From: an uncultured Clostridia bacterium | GTDB taxonomy: Bacteria > Bacillota > Clostridia > Christensenellales > UBA1242 | Assembly: GCA_937925475.1 (NCBI GenBank) | Contig: CALEWH010000022.1 | Coordinates: forward strand, 82,835 to 146,834 | DNA length: 64,000 nucleotides | Direction of reading: 5' to 3' | Shown here: piece after piece, positions 1 to 7,948 of the stretch | Numbering within the stretch: position 1 is the stretch's first letter | How the letters are laid out: each line of letters begins with the position of its first letter | The notes under the pieces: model-generated | The model's database searches: none | What the model was told of the DNA's origin: nothing | Seen by the model: the letters and a program-made list of their open reading frames with translations, nothing else | Position numbers and translations under genes: made by a program

Positions 1-116
1 AGGTCCATAAGTTCTTCAAAAACCTTGTCGTTTGAAGTCTTGCTGGCAAGCAATTTTTCTACCTTTACTCCACTCAACAATGCTTCGCGGACGCTATTTC
101 TTCCTTCAATTTTCAT
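1..116 (-). CDS. rlmB: TrmH/RlmB-family 23S rRNA 2'-O-methyltransferase, first ~38 codons only (gene runs off the left edge)
   Basis: A minus-strand ATG at 114-116 opens MKIEGRNSVREALLSGVKVEKLLASKTSNDKVFEELMD..., the EGRN-V-EAL type N-terminus I associate with RlmB/YacO. It lies directly 3' of mrnC (11-nt overlap with its stop), as in the Bacillus cysS-mrnC-rlmB order. It is truncated, so it is absent from the ORF track. Confidence 0.5.
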   Translation of the reverse strand, partial: MKIEGRNSVREALLSGVKVEKLLASKTSNDKVFEELMD

Positions 117-519
117 TTTCGTTCTCCACACAAAGACTTAATACTTTGTTTAGTTTTTCAGTTTTGCCGGTCAGATACAAGTATCCGATGACCGCTTCAA
201 ATCCAGTTGCACGCCTATAATCCACCACACTTGCGTTTTTCGCTACACTGTGTGTTTTGTAATTTCGTGCACGCCTAAAAATATCTTTTTCAGTTTCGTC
301 AAGGAGTGGCATAATTTTGTCTATGACATGACTTTGTTCGGTGGCTTTTACATATGACGCGGTTATTTTGTGGAGTTCGCCACTTTTGCCCTTGCTAGAT
401 AGAGCCAACATATTTCGCACATACAATGTATGCACGCCATCACCCACAAACGCTAGCACTTGGGGATTGACAAGTCGACACTCGTTTTCACTCATATTTT
501 CAAATCCAAAAATATTCAT
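106..519 (-). CDS. mrnC: Mini-ribonuclease III (Mini-III, 23S rRNA maturation)
   Basis: This is the last 137 aa of track ORF 106..768: MNIFGFENMSENECRLVNPQVLAFVGDGVHTLYVRNML...DYRRATGFEAVIGYLYL. The LAFVGDGV and RNase III-like EAVIGYLYL motifs and the ~135-aa size fit Mini-III. I moved the start to the ATG at 517-519. The 83 upstream codons of the track ORF cross an AT-rich promoter region and are not credible. Confidence 0.8.
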   Translation of the reverse strand: MNIFGFENMSENECRLVNPQVLAFVGDGVHTLYVRNMLALSSKGKSGELHKITASYVKATEQSHVIDKIMPLLDETEKDIFRRARNYKTHSVAKNASVVDYRRATGFEAVIGYLYLTGKTEKLNKVLSLCVENENEN

Positions 520-585
520 CGTTACTCCTATACATGATATTATATCACAAAATCTTGCGATGTAAAAAGATAAAATAGTTTGTTT

Positions 586-601
586 TGTCAATATATTGAC
601 A
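586..601. promoter_or_regulatory. Perfect 16-bp palindrome TGTCAATATATTGACA carrying back-to-back TTGACA -35-like hexamers
   Basis: Read directly at 586-601 in the intergenic region upstream of mrnC. Each half is TTGACA on one strand. It could be a divergent -35 pair or an operator. Confidence 0.3.
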
Positions 602-694
602 TTCAAACACACAAAAATTATCAATTCAATTATAAATCGCTGTGTTTGTAATAACTTGGAAAGTGTCTCCATACAATATAGATAGAGGTGAAAT

Positions 695-820
695 ATGTTT
701 TTGACCATTAAAAATGTGTCAATTATTATTAGTAGTTTTCTAATTTTAAAAAATAGCCATATATCCAAATTAGGACATATGGCTTATTTATTCAAAAATA
801 CTTGTTTGTTTTGGGGCTAA
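695..820 (+). pseudogene. Relic ORF: a duplicate of the first 7 codons of cwlD fused to 34 unrelated codons
   Basis: ATGTTTTTGACCATTAAAAA at 695-714 is identical to the cwlD start at 2187-2206 and is preceded by a GAGGTG SD. The frame then reads MFLTIKNVSIIISSFLILKNSHISKLGHMAYLFKNTCLFWG*, running through a minus-strand terminator hairpin. Confidence 0.4.
745..786 (-). terminator. Rho-independent terminator after the islet ORFs
   Basis: Arms AGCCATATATCC (755-766) and GGACATATGGCT (773-784) pair with one mismatch around a 6-nt loop. A T-run follows on the minus strand (plus-strand A-run 747-753). Confidence 0.5.
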
Positions 821-991
821 AACTCTTACAATATATGCATAAGGATTTTTCTCATTTTCAGTAAGTAGAATGTCTGGCGCCAATTTTCTTAAACAAAATT
901 TGTAGTAAACTTGTTTTCCCGTTGGACGAAGTAAATCTACACAATCTTGTAAATATTTAGGCATAGGGACTATATTCTCTCGCCATTCCAC
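788..991 (-). CDS. Hypothetical 67-aa protein (islet 1)
   Basis: Track ORF with a GTG start and no convincing SD. I recognise no motif. It is AT-rich. Confidence 0.25.
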   Translation of the reverse strand: MEWRENIVPMPKYLQDCVDLLRPTGKQVYYKFCLRKLAPDILLTENEKNPYAYIVRVLAPKQTSIFE

Positions 992-1064
992 AAGGTCTAT
1001 AAATTATACTCATAATCGCACTACATCTTAAAATTAATTTTATTTTAATTTTTTATTTTGTTTT

Positions 1065-1490
1065 TTAACAATTCAGTTCAAAGTGATTTACACTATCCCA
1101 CAAGTCCCTTAAGCGTATTCCATTTATATTTACATTTTTATCAAATTCCTCAATAGAAGAATATTTTTGATAGCACTTTTCGGAATTAAACTCAAAAAAT
1201 TCAAAACCGTTAAAATTTGTATTGCCATATTTTTTGTTTTTGTACTTAAAACTTGGTTCTAAATTATCTTTAACGATAGTTATAAACTCTTCGTATGTTG
1301 GTTTTAGTTTTTGTTTCTTATCACTTAATCTTTTTGCATTATTAAATGAAGTAATATTAGGATATTTAACTTCATTTGGTTTTTTCAAAGACTCTTCACT
1401 TTGAATCCATCCGCAATTTTTGCACTTACCATTACCCCAATTATCTATTTTAACATTCTTCCCACAAACATCACATTGTTTTATATTCAT
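1065..1490 (-). CDS. Hypothetical 141-aa protein with an N-terminal CxxC...CxxC zinc-ribbon; candidate immunity/partner protein of the upstream ORF
   Basis: MNIKQCDVCGKNVKIDNWGNGKCKNCGW... carries two CxxC pairs and resembles CPCC-type Cys-rich N-termini (from memory). A strong SD AAGGAGGG sits 6 nt upstream of the ATG. The start is 15 nt after the stop of ORF 1506..1805. Confidence 0.5.
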   Translation of the reverse strand: MNIKQCDVCGKNVKIDNWGNGKCKNCGWIQSEESLKKPNEVKYPNITSFNNAKRLSDKKQKLKPTYEEFITIVKDNLEPSFKYKNKKYGNTNFNGFEFFEFNSEKCYQKYSSIEEFDKNVNINGIRLRDLWDSVNHFELNC

Positions 1491-1505
1491 GTTTTTCCCT
1501 CCTTA

Positions 1506-1805
1506 TTAAAAATAATGTTTACTTCCACTTGATTCTTTCCAATAGCCTCTGCCTCTTTGACCATTTTTCCAGTCGTGATAATGAGGTGTCTTAGGGTGAA
1601 CTTTACCATTTCCATGATCCGTAAAGTCTTTGTCTAACTTCGGTTTTCCATTTTTATCGTACCACCGTTTTTGATATGGATTTCCATTTTTATACTGTGT
1701 ATATGTAGAATTAGGAGTGCTATTGAATGGAGTTTTAGAGTTACCACGAAAATTTCCGCCACTACTAGCTCCTCTTCCACCAAAAAGTTGTATATTAATT
1801 CCCAT
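1506..1805 (-). CDS. Small basic 99-aa protein with a phage-type INIQLFGGRG N-terminus and a His-rich C-terminal half (toxin-like, speculative)
   Basis: I moved the start to the ATG at 1803-1805 (MGINIQLFGGRGASSGG...), which has a GAGG SD 6-7 nt upstream. The N(L/I)Q(L/F)F(A/G) N-terminal motif is one I recall from Firmicute phage head/scaffold proteins and polymorphic-toxin-like proteins. The C-terminal half contains DHGNGKVHPKTPHYHDWKNGQRGRGYW. Confidence 0.45.
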   Translation of the reverse strand: MGINIQLFGGRGASSGGNFRGNSKTPFNSTPNSTYTQYKNGNPYQKRWYDKNGKPKLDKDFTDHGNGKVHPKTPHYHDWKNGQRGRGYWKESSGSKHYF

Positions 1806-2037
1806 ATTTAGCCTCACTATGTTCGTAGCGATTATACGGAAACACTTTTAAGTTACCTTTCATTTCTGGAAAAGGCTTTCCATAGCATATTATAGCATCA
1901 GGATTAATAATTCCCAACATCTTTTCATAGCCAATCATAAATTCCTCTTTACATTTATGATTACCGTGAGTTGAAACCGCGACAATACTTCCCTTTTCAA
2001 CACCATCAAAACAAAAGGTTGAAGAGTGCAAAAGCAT
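1795..2037 (-). pseudogene. 80-aa ORF, probably the 3' remnant of a larger gene (islet 1)
   Basis: MLLHSSTFCFDGVEKGSIVAVSTHGNHKCKEEFMIGYEKMLGIINPDAIICYGKPFPEMKGNLKVFPYNRY... The SD is weak. It abuts the right islet boundary and overlaps the next ORF by 11 nt. The remnant status is inferred only from its size and position. Confidence 0.3.
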
Positions 2038-2186
2038 ATATTCTTCAACCTTTTAAAATTTGATTTTTTGACAATAATATATTAACACACTAAAACTAAC
2101 AATTGGAAGAAAGGGTGTCAAAATTTATATTTTTTAGCATAAACAACTTGCATTTTCTAATATACATACATTAAAAAGGATATATT

Positions 2187-2897
2187 ATGTTTTTGACCAT
2201 TAAAAAAAGGCACATTGCCATAGCAATTTGCATGATAGTTTTTTGCAGTATGATGATGGGTGTGTATTTTTCGCTTAGGCACACTTTTAGTCCCAGAACC
2301 ACTCAAACCATTGTTATTGACGCTGGACACGGCGGAAGAGATGCAGGTTGTAGTGGAATAAACACAGGCGTGAGCGAAAGCGAACTAACTCTCAGCATCG
2401 CCAAAAAACTCAAAAACCAACTTGAAAATATGGGATACAAAGTTGTTATGACACGCACAAATAGTGACGGATTGTATGCGCAAAACGCCAAAAATTACAA
2501 AAAAAGTGATATGGAAAAAAGGCGCGAAATCATACAAAAAGCCAATCCCGATATGGCCATTTCCATACATCTAAATTCTTTTCCAGTCATAACCGAAAAG
2601 GGTGCACAAGTATTTTATCAAAAGGAAAGCCAAGAAGGTTTGGCTCTTGCAACAAGTATGACCAACCAACTATCCAATCTGCTTGAAAACGCACGCAAAG
2701 AAGCGATAGGTGGCGACTATTATATACTGAAAAGTGCCGAAGTTCCTTCATGCATTGTGGAAGGCGGATTTCTCACAAACCCCGACGAAGAAGCCTTGCT
2801 TGTCACCGACGAATATCAAAATAAAATCGCTTATGCAATTATGTGCGGAGTTGTGTCCTACTTTGGACTAAACACTACAAGTGCAAAAGGTGTATAA
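2187..2897 (+). CDS. cwlD: N-acetylmuramoyl-L-alanine amidase, CwlD-like (spore cortex muramic-lactam formation)
   Basis: An N-terminal TM helix is followed by Amidase_3 motifs: VIDAGHGGRDAGCSG, SIHLNSF, EGGFLTNPDEE. The 236-aa size matches CwlD, and the organism carries ger genes. Confidence 0.8.
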   Translation: MFLTIKKRHIAIAICMIVFCSMMMGVYFSLRHTFSPRTTQTIVIDAGHGGRDAGCSGINTGVSESELTLSIAKKLKNQLENMGYKVVMTRTNSDGLYAQNAKNYKKSDMEKRREIIQKANPDMAISIHLNSFPVITEKGAQVFYQKESQEGLALATSMTNQLSNLLENARKEAIGGDYYILKSAEVPSCIVEGGFLTNPDEEALLVTDEYQNKIAYAIMCGVVSYFGLNTTSAKGV

Positions 2898-2928
2898 AAA
2901 AAGACAACATATGTTGTCTTTATTTTTT
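2896..2928. terminator. Bidirectional hairpin between convergent cwlD and tsaD
   Basis: AAGACAACAT/ATGTTGTCTT (2901-2920) is a perfect inverted repeat, flanked by an A-run on the left and a T-run on the right. Confidence 0.6.
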
Positions 2929-3990
2929 CGAATACTTTAGATTAATGCTAGGCATCGGAGTAAGAGACAAGTCTGCAAGGCCTTCGCCACTGCGAATGTT
3001 GAAATATGCTTCACAACCTATCATAGCGGCATTGTCAGTGCAAAGTCGCATAGGTGGAAAACATACTCTTACACCTTCTTTTTCGCCCCTACTAAGCAGG
3101 CTATCTCTCAAATACGAATTGGCAGCGACACCACCCGCAACAGCAAGGGTTTTTGTCTTATATTTTTTGCAAGCCATAAATGCCTTATCGACTAGCGGAT
3201 CAACAGCGTTGCATTGAAATGACGCGCAAACATCTTGGATATTAACCTCTTCATTGTGTTGTTTTTTATTGTGAAGATAGTTGATGACTGCGGTTTTTAG
3301 TCCGCTATAACTAATATTGAAATCCTTTGAAGGCTTATGTCTAACAAACTCAATATTGTTTTGACCTTGTTTTGCCATTTTATCAATAACTGGACCACCC
3401 GGATATCCAAGCCCCAAAACTTTTGCGACCTTGTCATATGCTTCGCCAATCGCATCGTCAGTGGTTGTGCCGATAAGCATATTTTTTGTGTAGTCCTTAA
3501 CATTAACAATTGCTGTGTGTCCGCCACTCACGATTAGACCTATAAATGGCGGTTTTAGGTCAGGGAAAGTGATATAATTTGCACTCATATGACCTTTGAT
3601 ATGATTTACTTTGATAAGCGGAACTTCTAGCGCATATGCAAGCGCCTTTGCATAAGTCACGCCCACCATAAGTGCGCCCACAAGTCCTGCCCCATATGTG
3701 ACAGCAACAGCATCTATTTTGTCAAGGCCTATCCCGCTTTCTCTAACAGCTTCATCCACAACATTGTTTATCGCCATGATATGATTTCGGCTTGCGACTT
3801 CGGGCACAACTCCGCCAAAGCGTTTGTGTATCTCGATTTGTGACGAGATAATATTTGACAAAACTTCTCTGCCGTTTTTGACTATCGCAACGCTTGTTTC
3901 GTCACAACTGCTCTCTATGGCAAGAATGTATATATCTTTGTCTGTTTCTATTAAGTTTTCAAATTTTTCTTTCGCTACTACTTCGTACAT
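2920..3990 (-). CDS. tsaD: tRNA N6-adenosine threonylcarbamoyltransferase TsaD (Kae1/Gcp)
   Basis: Motifs seen: [24 protein letters not shown] (His pair), GGVAANS. I prefer the start at the ATG ending at 3990 (GAGGA SD 6 nt upstream). The track start at 4017 would overlap prfB by 16 nt. Confidence 0.9.
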   Translation of the reverse strand: MYEVVAKEKFENLIETDKDIYILAIESSCDETSVAIVKNGREVLSNIISSQIEIHKRFGGVVPEVASRNHIMAINNVVDEAVRESGIGLDKIDAVAVTYGAGLVGALMVGVTYAKALAYALEVPLIKVNHIKGHMSANYITFPDLKPPFIGLIVSGGHTAIVNVKDYTKNMLIGTTTDDAIGEAYDKVAKVLGLGYPGGPVIDKMAKQGQNNIEFVRHKPSKDFNISYSGLKTAVINYLHNKKQHNEEVNIQDVCASFQCNAVDPLVDKAFMACKKYKTKTLAVAGGVAANSYLRDSLLSRGEKEGVRVCFPPMRLCTDNAAMIGCEAYFNIRSGEGLADLSLTPMPSINLKYSKK

Positions 3991-4001
3991 TTTTTCCTCG
4001 T

Positions 4002-5100
4002 TTATTTTACAAGACATTTTAGATAACTATATATAAAGTCGTCCAAATTGCCATTCATTACTCCGTCAAGGTCGCTTGTCTCATACAGAGTGCGCATATC
4101 TTTGACGAGTTTGTATGGACAAAAAACATAACTCCTTATTTGACTGCCCCATTCAATTTTCTTGACTTCGCCTTTTATATCTTTGATGTTTTGTTTTTTC
4201 TCTTCAAGCGCAAGTGTCACTAATTTACTCTTCAACATACTCAATGCTGTTTCTTTGTTTTGTGTTTGACTGCGCTCGTTTTGGCATGTCACAACAATGC
4301 CAGTCGGCAAGTGAGTTATCCTTATAGCACTGTCGGTCGTGTTGACATGTTGGCCACCGGCACCACTACTACGATAGGTGTCTATCTTTATGTCTTTGTC
4401 ATTGATGACTATCTCATCGTCATTTTCTATTATTGGCATAACTTCGACCGATGCAAATGATGTGTGTCTGCGTTTGTTGGCGTCAAAAGGCGATATTCGC
4501 ACAAGTCTATGCACGCCCATTTCACCTTTGAGATATCCATATGCGTTTTCGCCCGAAACTTTGAAAGTGATACTTTTATATCCCGCACCATCTCCGTCAA
4601 TATAGTCTAGCACATCGAGCCCAAATTCGTGTTTTTCAGCGTACATTTTGTACATTCTAAACAGCATACTCACCCAGTCACACGCTTCTGTTCCACCTGC
4701 ACCCGAGTGTATTTTTAATATTGCATCGCCATCGTCGTACTTTTCATTAAGCAAAACCTTTACATAAAAAGCATCAATATCTTTTGTAAGCGATGTTAGT
4801 TCGGCATTAATTTCACTTGTGTAGTCAGAATCCTCAGCACTACACATCTCTATAAAATCTTGCAAATCATTTAGTCTTCGACCATAATCCTTGACACTAT
4901 CAAGCAGTCCTTGATTGTGGCGGATTTTGCGTGAATATAAGGTGCAGAGTTCGACATTTGTATACACGCTACTATCTGCCATCTTGTTTTGCAAGTCGTC
5001 TATTTCACTTTGAAGTCGGTCACAGTCAAAGACAGGAGATAACTACATCGTAGTTATCGCGAACAGCCGAAAGTTTTTCTTTCTCGACATTGTATATCAT
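4002..5100 (-). CDS. prfB: Peptide chain release factor 2, two frames joined by a programmed +1 frameshift
   Basis: Track ORF 4002..4994 carries SPF ([15 protein letters not shown]) and GGQ ([22 protein letters not shown]). Upstream, the short frame [24 protein letters not shown] ends at CTT TGA C. A +1 shift continues [20 protein letters not shown]... into the main ORF. The ATG shares a base with the secA stop (TAATG). Coordinates I read from the printed sequence within 4981-5220 may be off by 1 (see the rejected notes). Confidence 0.9.
5025..5031 (-). other. prfB +1 frameshift heptamer CTT TGA C
   Basis: Read directly on the minus strand. It falls at codons 24-25 of the short frame, the same position class as the E. 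coli and B. subtilis prfB sites. I see no obvious internal SD upstream here. Position is +/-1 nt. Confidence 0.8.
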
Positions 5101-7787
5101 TATTTGCCCACCATACAGCAGTTTTTGTATTTTTTGCCACTTCCACATGGACATGGGTCATTTCTGCCTACAATCTTTTTGGATTTTGCAGTTTTTTCCA
5201 CACCTGTCATATTTGTAATAAGGTCAGGTTTTTTAGTGTCTTTTTGTTGTTGTTTGATTTCGATATTTAATCGATAGTTGATAAGGAACAACGCTGTTTC
5301 GCGTCTTATATCCTTACTCATACGCTCAAATGCGTCATAACTCTCTTGTTTGTATGCAATGATAGGGTCGTGGTTTCCGATAGCACGAAGACCTATCTCG
5401 CTTCTAAGCATTTCCAAAAAGTCGATGTGATCCATCCAGAATGTATCAACAACTCTCAAAAGTATATCGCGTTCTATCGCCAAATAATCAATGCCAAACT
5501 TGCTTATCTCAGCACATTTTGCTTCGTAGTTTCGCACTGCTTCGTCCGCAACAATCACCGCAAGTTCTTCAACATCAAGTCCTTCGACAATCTCTTCGGT
5601 GACATAGTTTGCGTTTTCTTTTAGTACTCGATTGTTTAGTGCATTGTTTATTGCTTCCAAATCCCACTCGTCATATGACTTGTTGGCGTCCACTGTGTCA
5701 TATATTGTGTTCATGGCAAACTCGCGGATCATATCCACTACTTCATCATGAATATTGTCGCCATCTATTACACGATTACGCTCGCCATATATAAGTTCTC
5801 TTTGTTTGTTGTTGACATCGTCAAATAATAGGACATTGTGACGGGCACTAAAATTGAAGCCCTCAATGCGTTTTTGTGCGTTTTCGATTTGTCGCGACAA
5901 CATTTTGATTTGGAAAGGAGTGTCTTCGTCGATTTTGAAGAACCTAACAATGCCTTGCATACGCTCGCCACCAAAACGGCGGATAAGTTCGTCTTCCATA
6001 GAAACAAAGAACACACTGCTACCTGGGTCACCTTGACGACCAGCACGACCACGCAACTGATTGTCTATGCGTCGTGATTCGTGACGCTCTGTGCCTAGAA
6101 TGTGTAGACCACCAAGAGTTATTACTTTTGCTTTCTCTTCGTCAGTCACCTTTTTGAAGTCTGCATAAAGTGACTTGTATTGGTCACGAATTTTTTCTAA
6201 TTCAGGATTGTCAGTAGGAAGAAGCGATGTACAAAACTCTATTTGTGCTTCGTTGTAGCCTTTATTTCTAAGTTCTTGTTTTGCAAGATACTCAGGATTG
6301 CCACCTAGCAAAATATCTGTACCACGACCAGCCATGTTTGTTGCGATAGTGACCGCGTTTAGTCTGCCGGCTTGGGCTACTATCTCACTTTCTTTCATAT
6401 GGTTTTTCGCGTTCAAAACATTGTGTTTGATTTTAGCGCGTCTTAGTGCGGTGCTTATCTCTTCACTCTTTTCTATTGTCACAGTACCTACTAGTATTGG
6501 TCTACCTGTTTCGTGAACACGCTTTACTTCTTCGACAATGGCGTCCATTTTAGCACGCTCTGTGATGTAGATTACATCAGGCGCGTCTTTTCTACGGATT
6601 GGCAAGTTTGTAGGGATAGTAACAACATCCAGATTGTATATCTTATTAAACTCACGCTCTTCGGTCTTGGCTGTACCTGTCATACCACTAAGTTTGTCAT
6701 AAAGACGGAAGAAGTTTTGGAATGTGATTGTTGCAAGGGTTTTGTTTTCGTCCCTTATCTCAACGCCTTCTTTTGCTTCGATTGCTTGGTGTAGTCCGTT
6801 GCTGTACTTTCGGCCTTCCATCAATCGACCTGTAAACTCATCGACAATTATGATTTCGCCATCTTTAACAATGTAGTTTTGGTCCTTTTTCATAATGTAT
6901 TGGGCTTTAAGTGCATTGTTGATGTGGTGGTTTAGTTCGATATTGTTGATGTCGCTTAGATTGTCAACATTGAAAAATCTCTCAGCCTTGCCAACACCAT
7001 GTTCAGTAAGTCTTATCGCCTTTTCTTTTTCGTCTATCTCATAGTCTTCTTTTCTTAGGTTTTTGGCAAAACGACTAGCGCTTTTGTAGGTTTCGCTACT
7101 CTTCATACCCCTTCCGCTGATGATAAGTGGAGTACGCGCTTCATCGATCAAAATCGAGTCGACCTCATCGACAATGGCAAAGTGATAACCACGACCTACT
7201 CTATCTTCGGCACGAGTCACCATATTGTCACGAAGATAGTCAAAACCAAGTTCGTTGTTGGTCGAATATGTGATATCGCAATTATATGCTTTTCGTTTCT
7301 CCTCAGGATCCATATCGTGTGTCGAAACACCTACTGTAAGACCCAAAAACTTGAATACTTTTCCCATCCACTCAGCGTCACGACCGGACAAGTATTCGTT
7401 GACAGTAACGATATGAACACCCTTGCCTTCAAGTGCAACAAGATATGCTGGCAAAGTTTCAGTTAGGGTTTTACCTTCACCAGTACGCATCTCAGCAATA
7501 CGGCCTTGAAACAATGCGATACCGCCAAGGATTTGCACATGAAAGTGGCGCATACCCATAACACGCGCACTTGCTTCACGCACAACAGCATATGCTTCTG
7601 GCAAAATGTCGATTAGTTTTTCACCATTTGCGATTCGTGCTTTAAAATCATCAGTACAAGCACGAAGTTGGTCATCGCTGTACGCTTTGTACTTGTCTTC
7701 AAGTGCTTCTACTTTGTGAGCAATTTTGTCTAGTTTTGCTATATTTCGAGAGTTGTCGCTCCCAAAAATCTTTGTAAATAGTCCCAT
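5100..7787 (-). CDS. secA: Preprotein translocase ATPase SecA
   Basis: 895 aa. Motifs seen: MRTGEGKTLT Walker A, VDEVDSILIDEARTPLIISG, and the C-terminal zinc motif CPCGSGKKYKNCC. Confidence 0.97.
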   Translation of the reverse strand: MGLFTKIFGSDNSRNIAKLDKIAHKVEALEDKYKAYSDDQLRACTDDFKARIANGEKLIDILPEAYAVVREASARVMGMRHFHVQILGGIALFQGRIAEMRTGEGKTLTETLPAYLVALEGKGVHIVTVNEYLSGRDAEWMGKVFKFLGLTVGVSTHDMDPEEKRKAYNCDITYSTNNELGFDYLRDNMVTRAEDRVGRGYHFAIVDEVDSILIDEARTPLIISGRGMKSSETYKSASRFAKNLRKEDYEIDEKEKAIRLTEHGVGKAERFFNVDNLSDINNIELNHHINNALKAQYIMKKDQNYIVKDGEIIIVDEFTGRLMEGRKYSNGLHQAIEAKEGVEIRDENKTLATITFQNFFRLYDKLSGMTGTAKTEEREFNKIYNLDVVTIPTNLPIRRKDAPDVIYITERAKMDAIVEEVKRVHETGRPILVGTVTIEKSEEISTALRRAKIKHNVLNAKNHMKESEIVAQAGRLNAVTIATNMAGRGTDILLGGNPEYLAKQELRNKGYNEAQIEFCTSLLPTDNPELEKIRDQYKSLYADFKKVTDEEKAKVITLGGLHILGTERHESRRIDNQLRGRAGRQGDPGSSVFFVSMEDELIRRFGGERMQGIVRFFKIDEDTPFQIKMLSRQIENAQKRIEGFNFSARHNVLLFDDVNNKQRELIYGERNRVIDGDNIHDEVVDMIREFAMNTIYDTVDANKSYDEWDLEAINNALNNRVLKENANYVTEEIVEGLDVEELAVIVADEAVRNYEAKCAEISKFGIDYLAIERDILLRVVDTFWMDHIDFLEMLRSEIGLRAIGNHDPIIAYKQESYDAFERMSKDIRRETALFLINYRLNIEIKQQQKDTKKPDLITNMTGVEKTAKSKKIVGRNDPCPCGSGKKYKNCCMVGK

Positions 7788-7899
7788 TTATACCTCGTAA
7801 TATATATTATTAACTGTATTATGATACTACAAACAGCGTTTTTTCACAATAATATTTTGTCAAAATAACCGCTAAAAATCGTTTTTTATATCGCAAAAA

Positions 7900-7933
7900 C
7901 AAAAAAAGACGAAGTGACTAGCACTTTGTCTTT
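7900..7933 (-). terminator. Rho-independent terminator after gene 7949..8992
   Basis: On the minus strand, AAAGACAAAGTG-CTAG-CACTTCGTCTTT (one G-U pair) is followed by TTTTTGTTTTT. Confidence 0.55.
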
Positions 7934-7948
7934 ATATTGTTGTATTTT

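Noticed and set aside
520-768. The N-terminal 83 codons of track ORF 106..768 (MDIWLFFKIRKLLIIIDTFL...).
   Set aside because: They cross an AT-rich promoter region, the 16-bp palindrome and the relic cwlD start on the opposite strand. The Mini-III homology begins only at MNIFGFENM (ATG 517-519).
4980-5221. An apparent 1-nt register conflict. As I read the printed sequence, there is an extra C at the 4980/4981 line junction and a missing A at 5220/5221. That would break prfB and secA.
   Set aside because: The ORF track gives intact frames (prfB ORF ending at 4994, secA stop at 5100) and the two discrepancies cancel. I treat this as my own reading artefact rather than real frameshifts, and I report coordinates in this interval in the track's register with +/-1 nt uncertainty.
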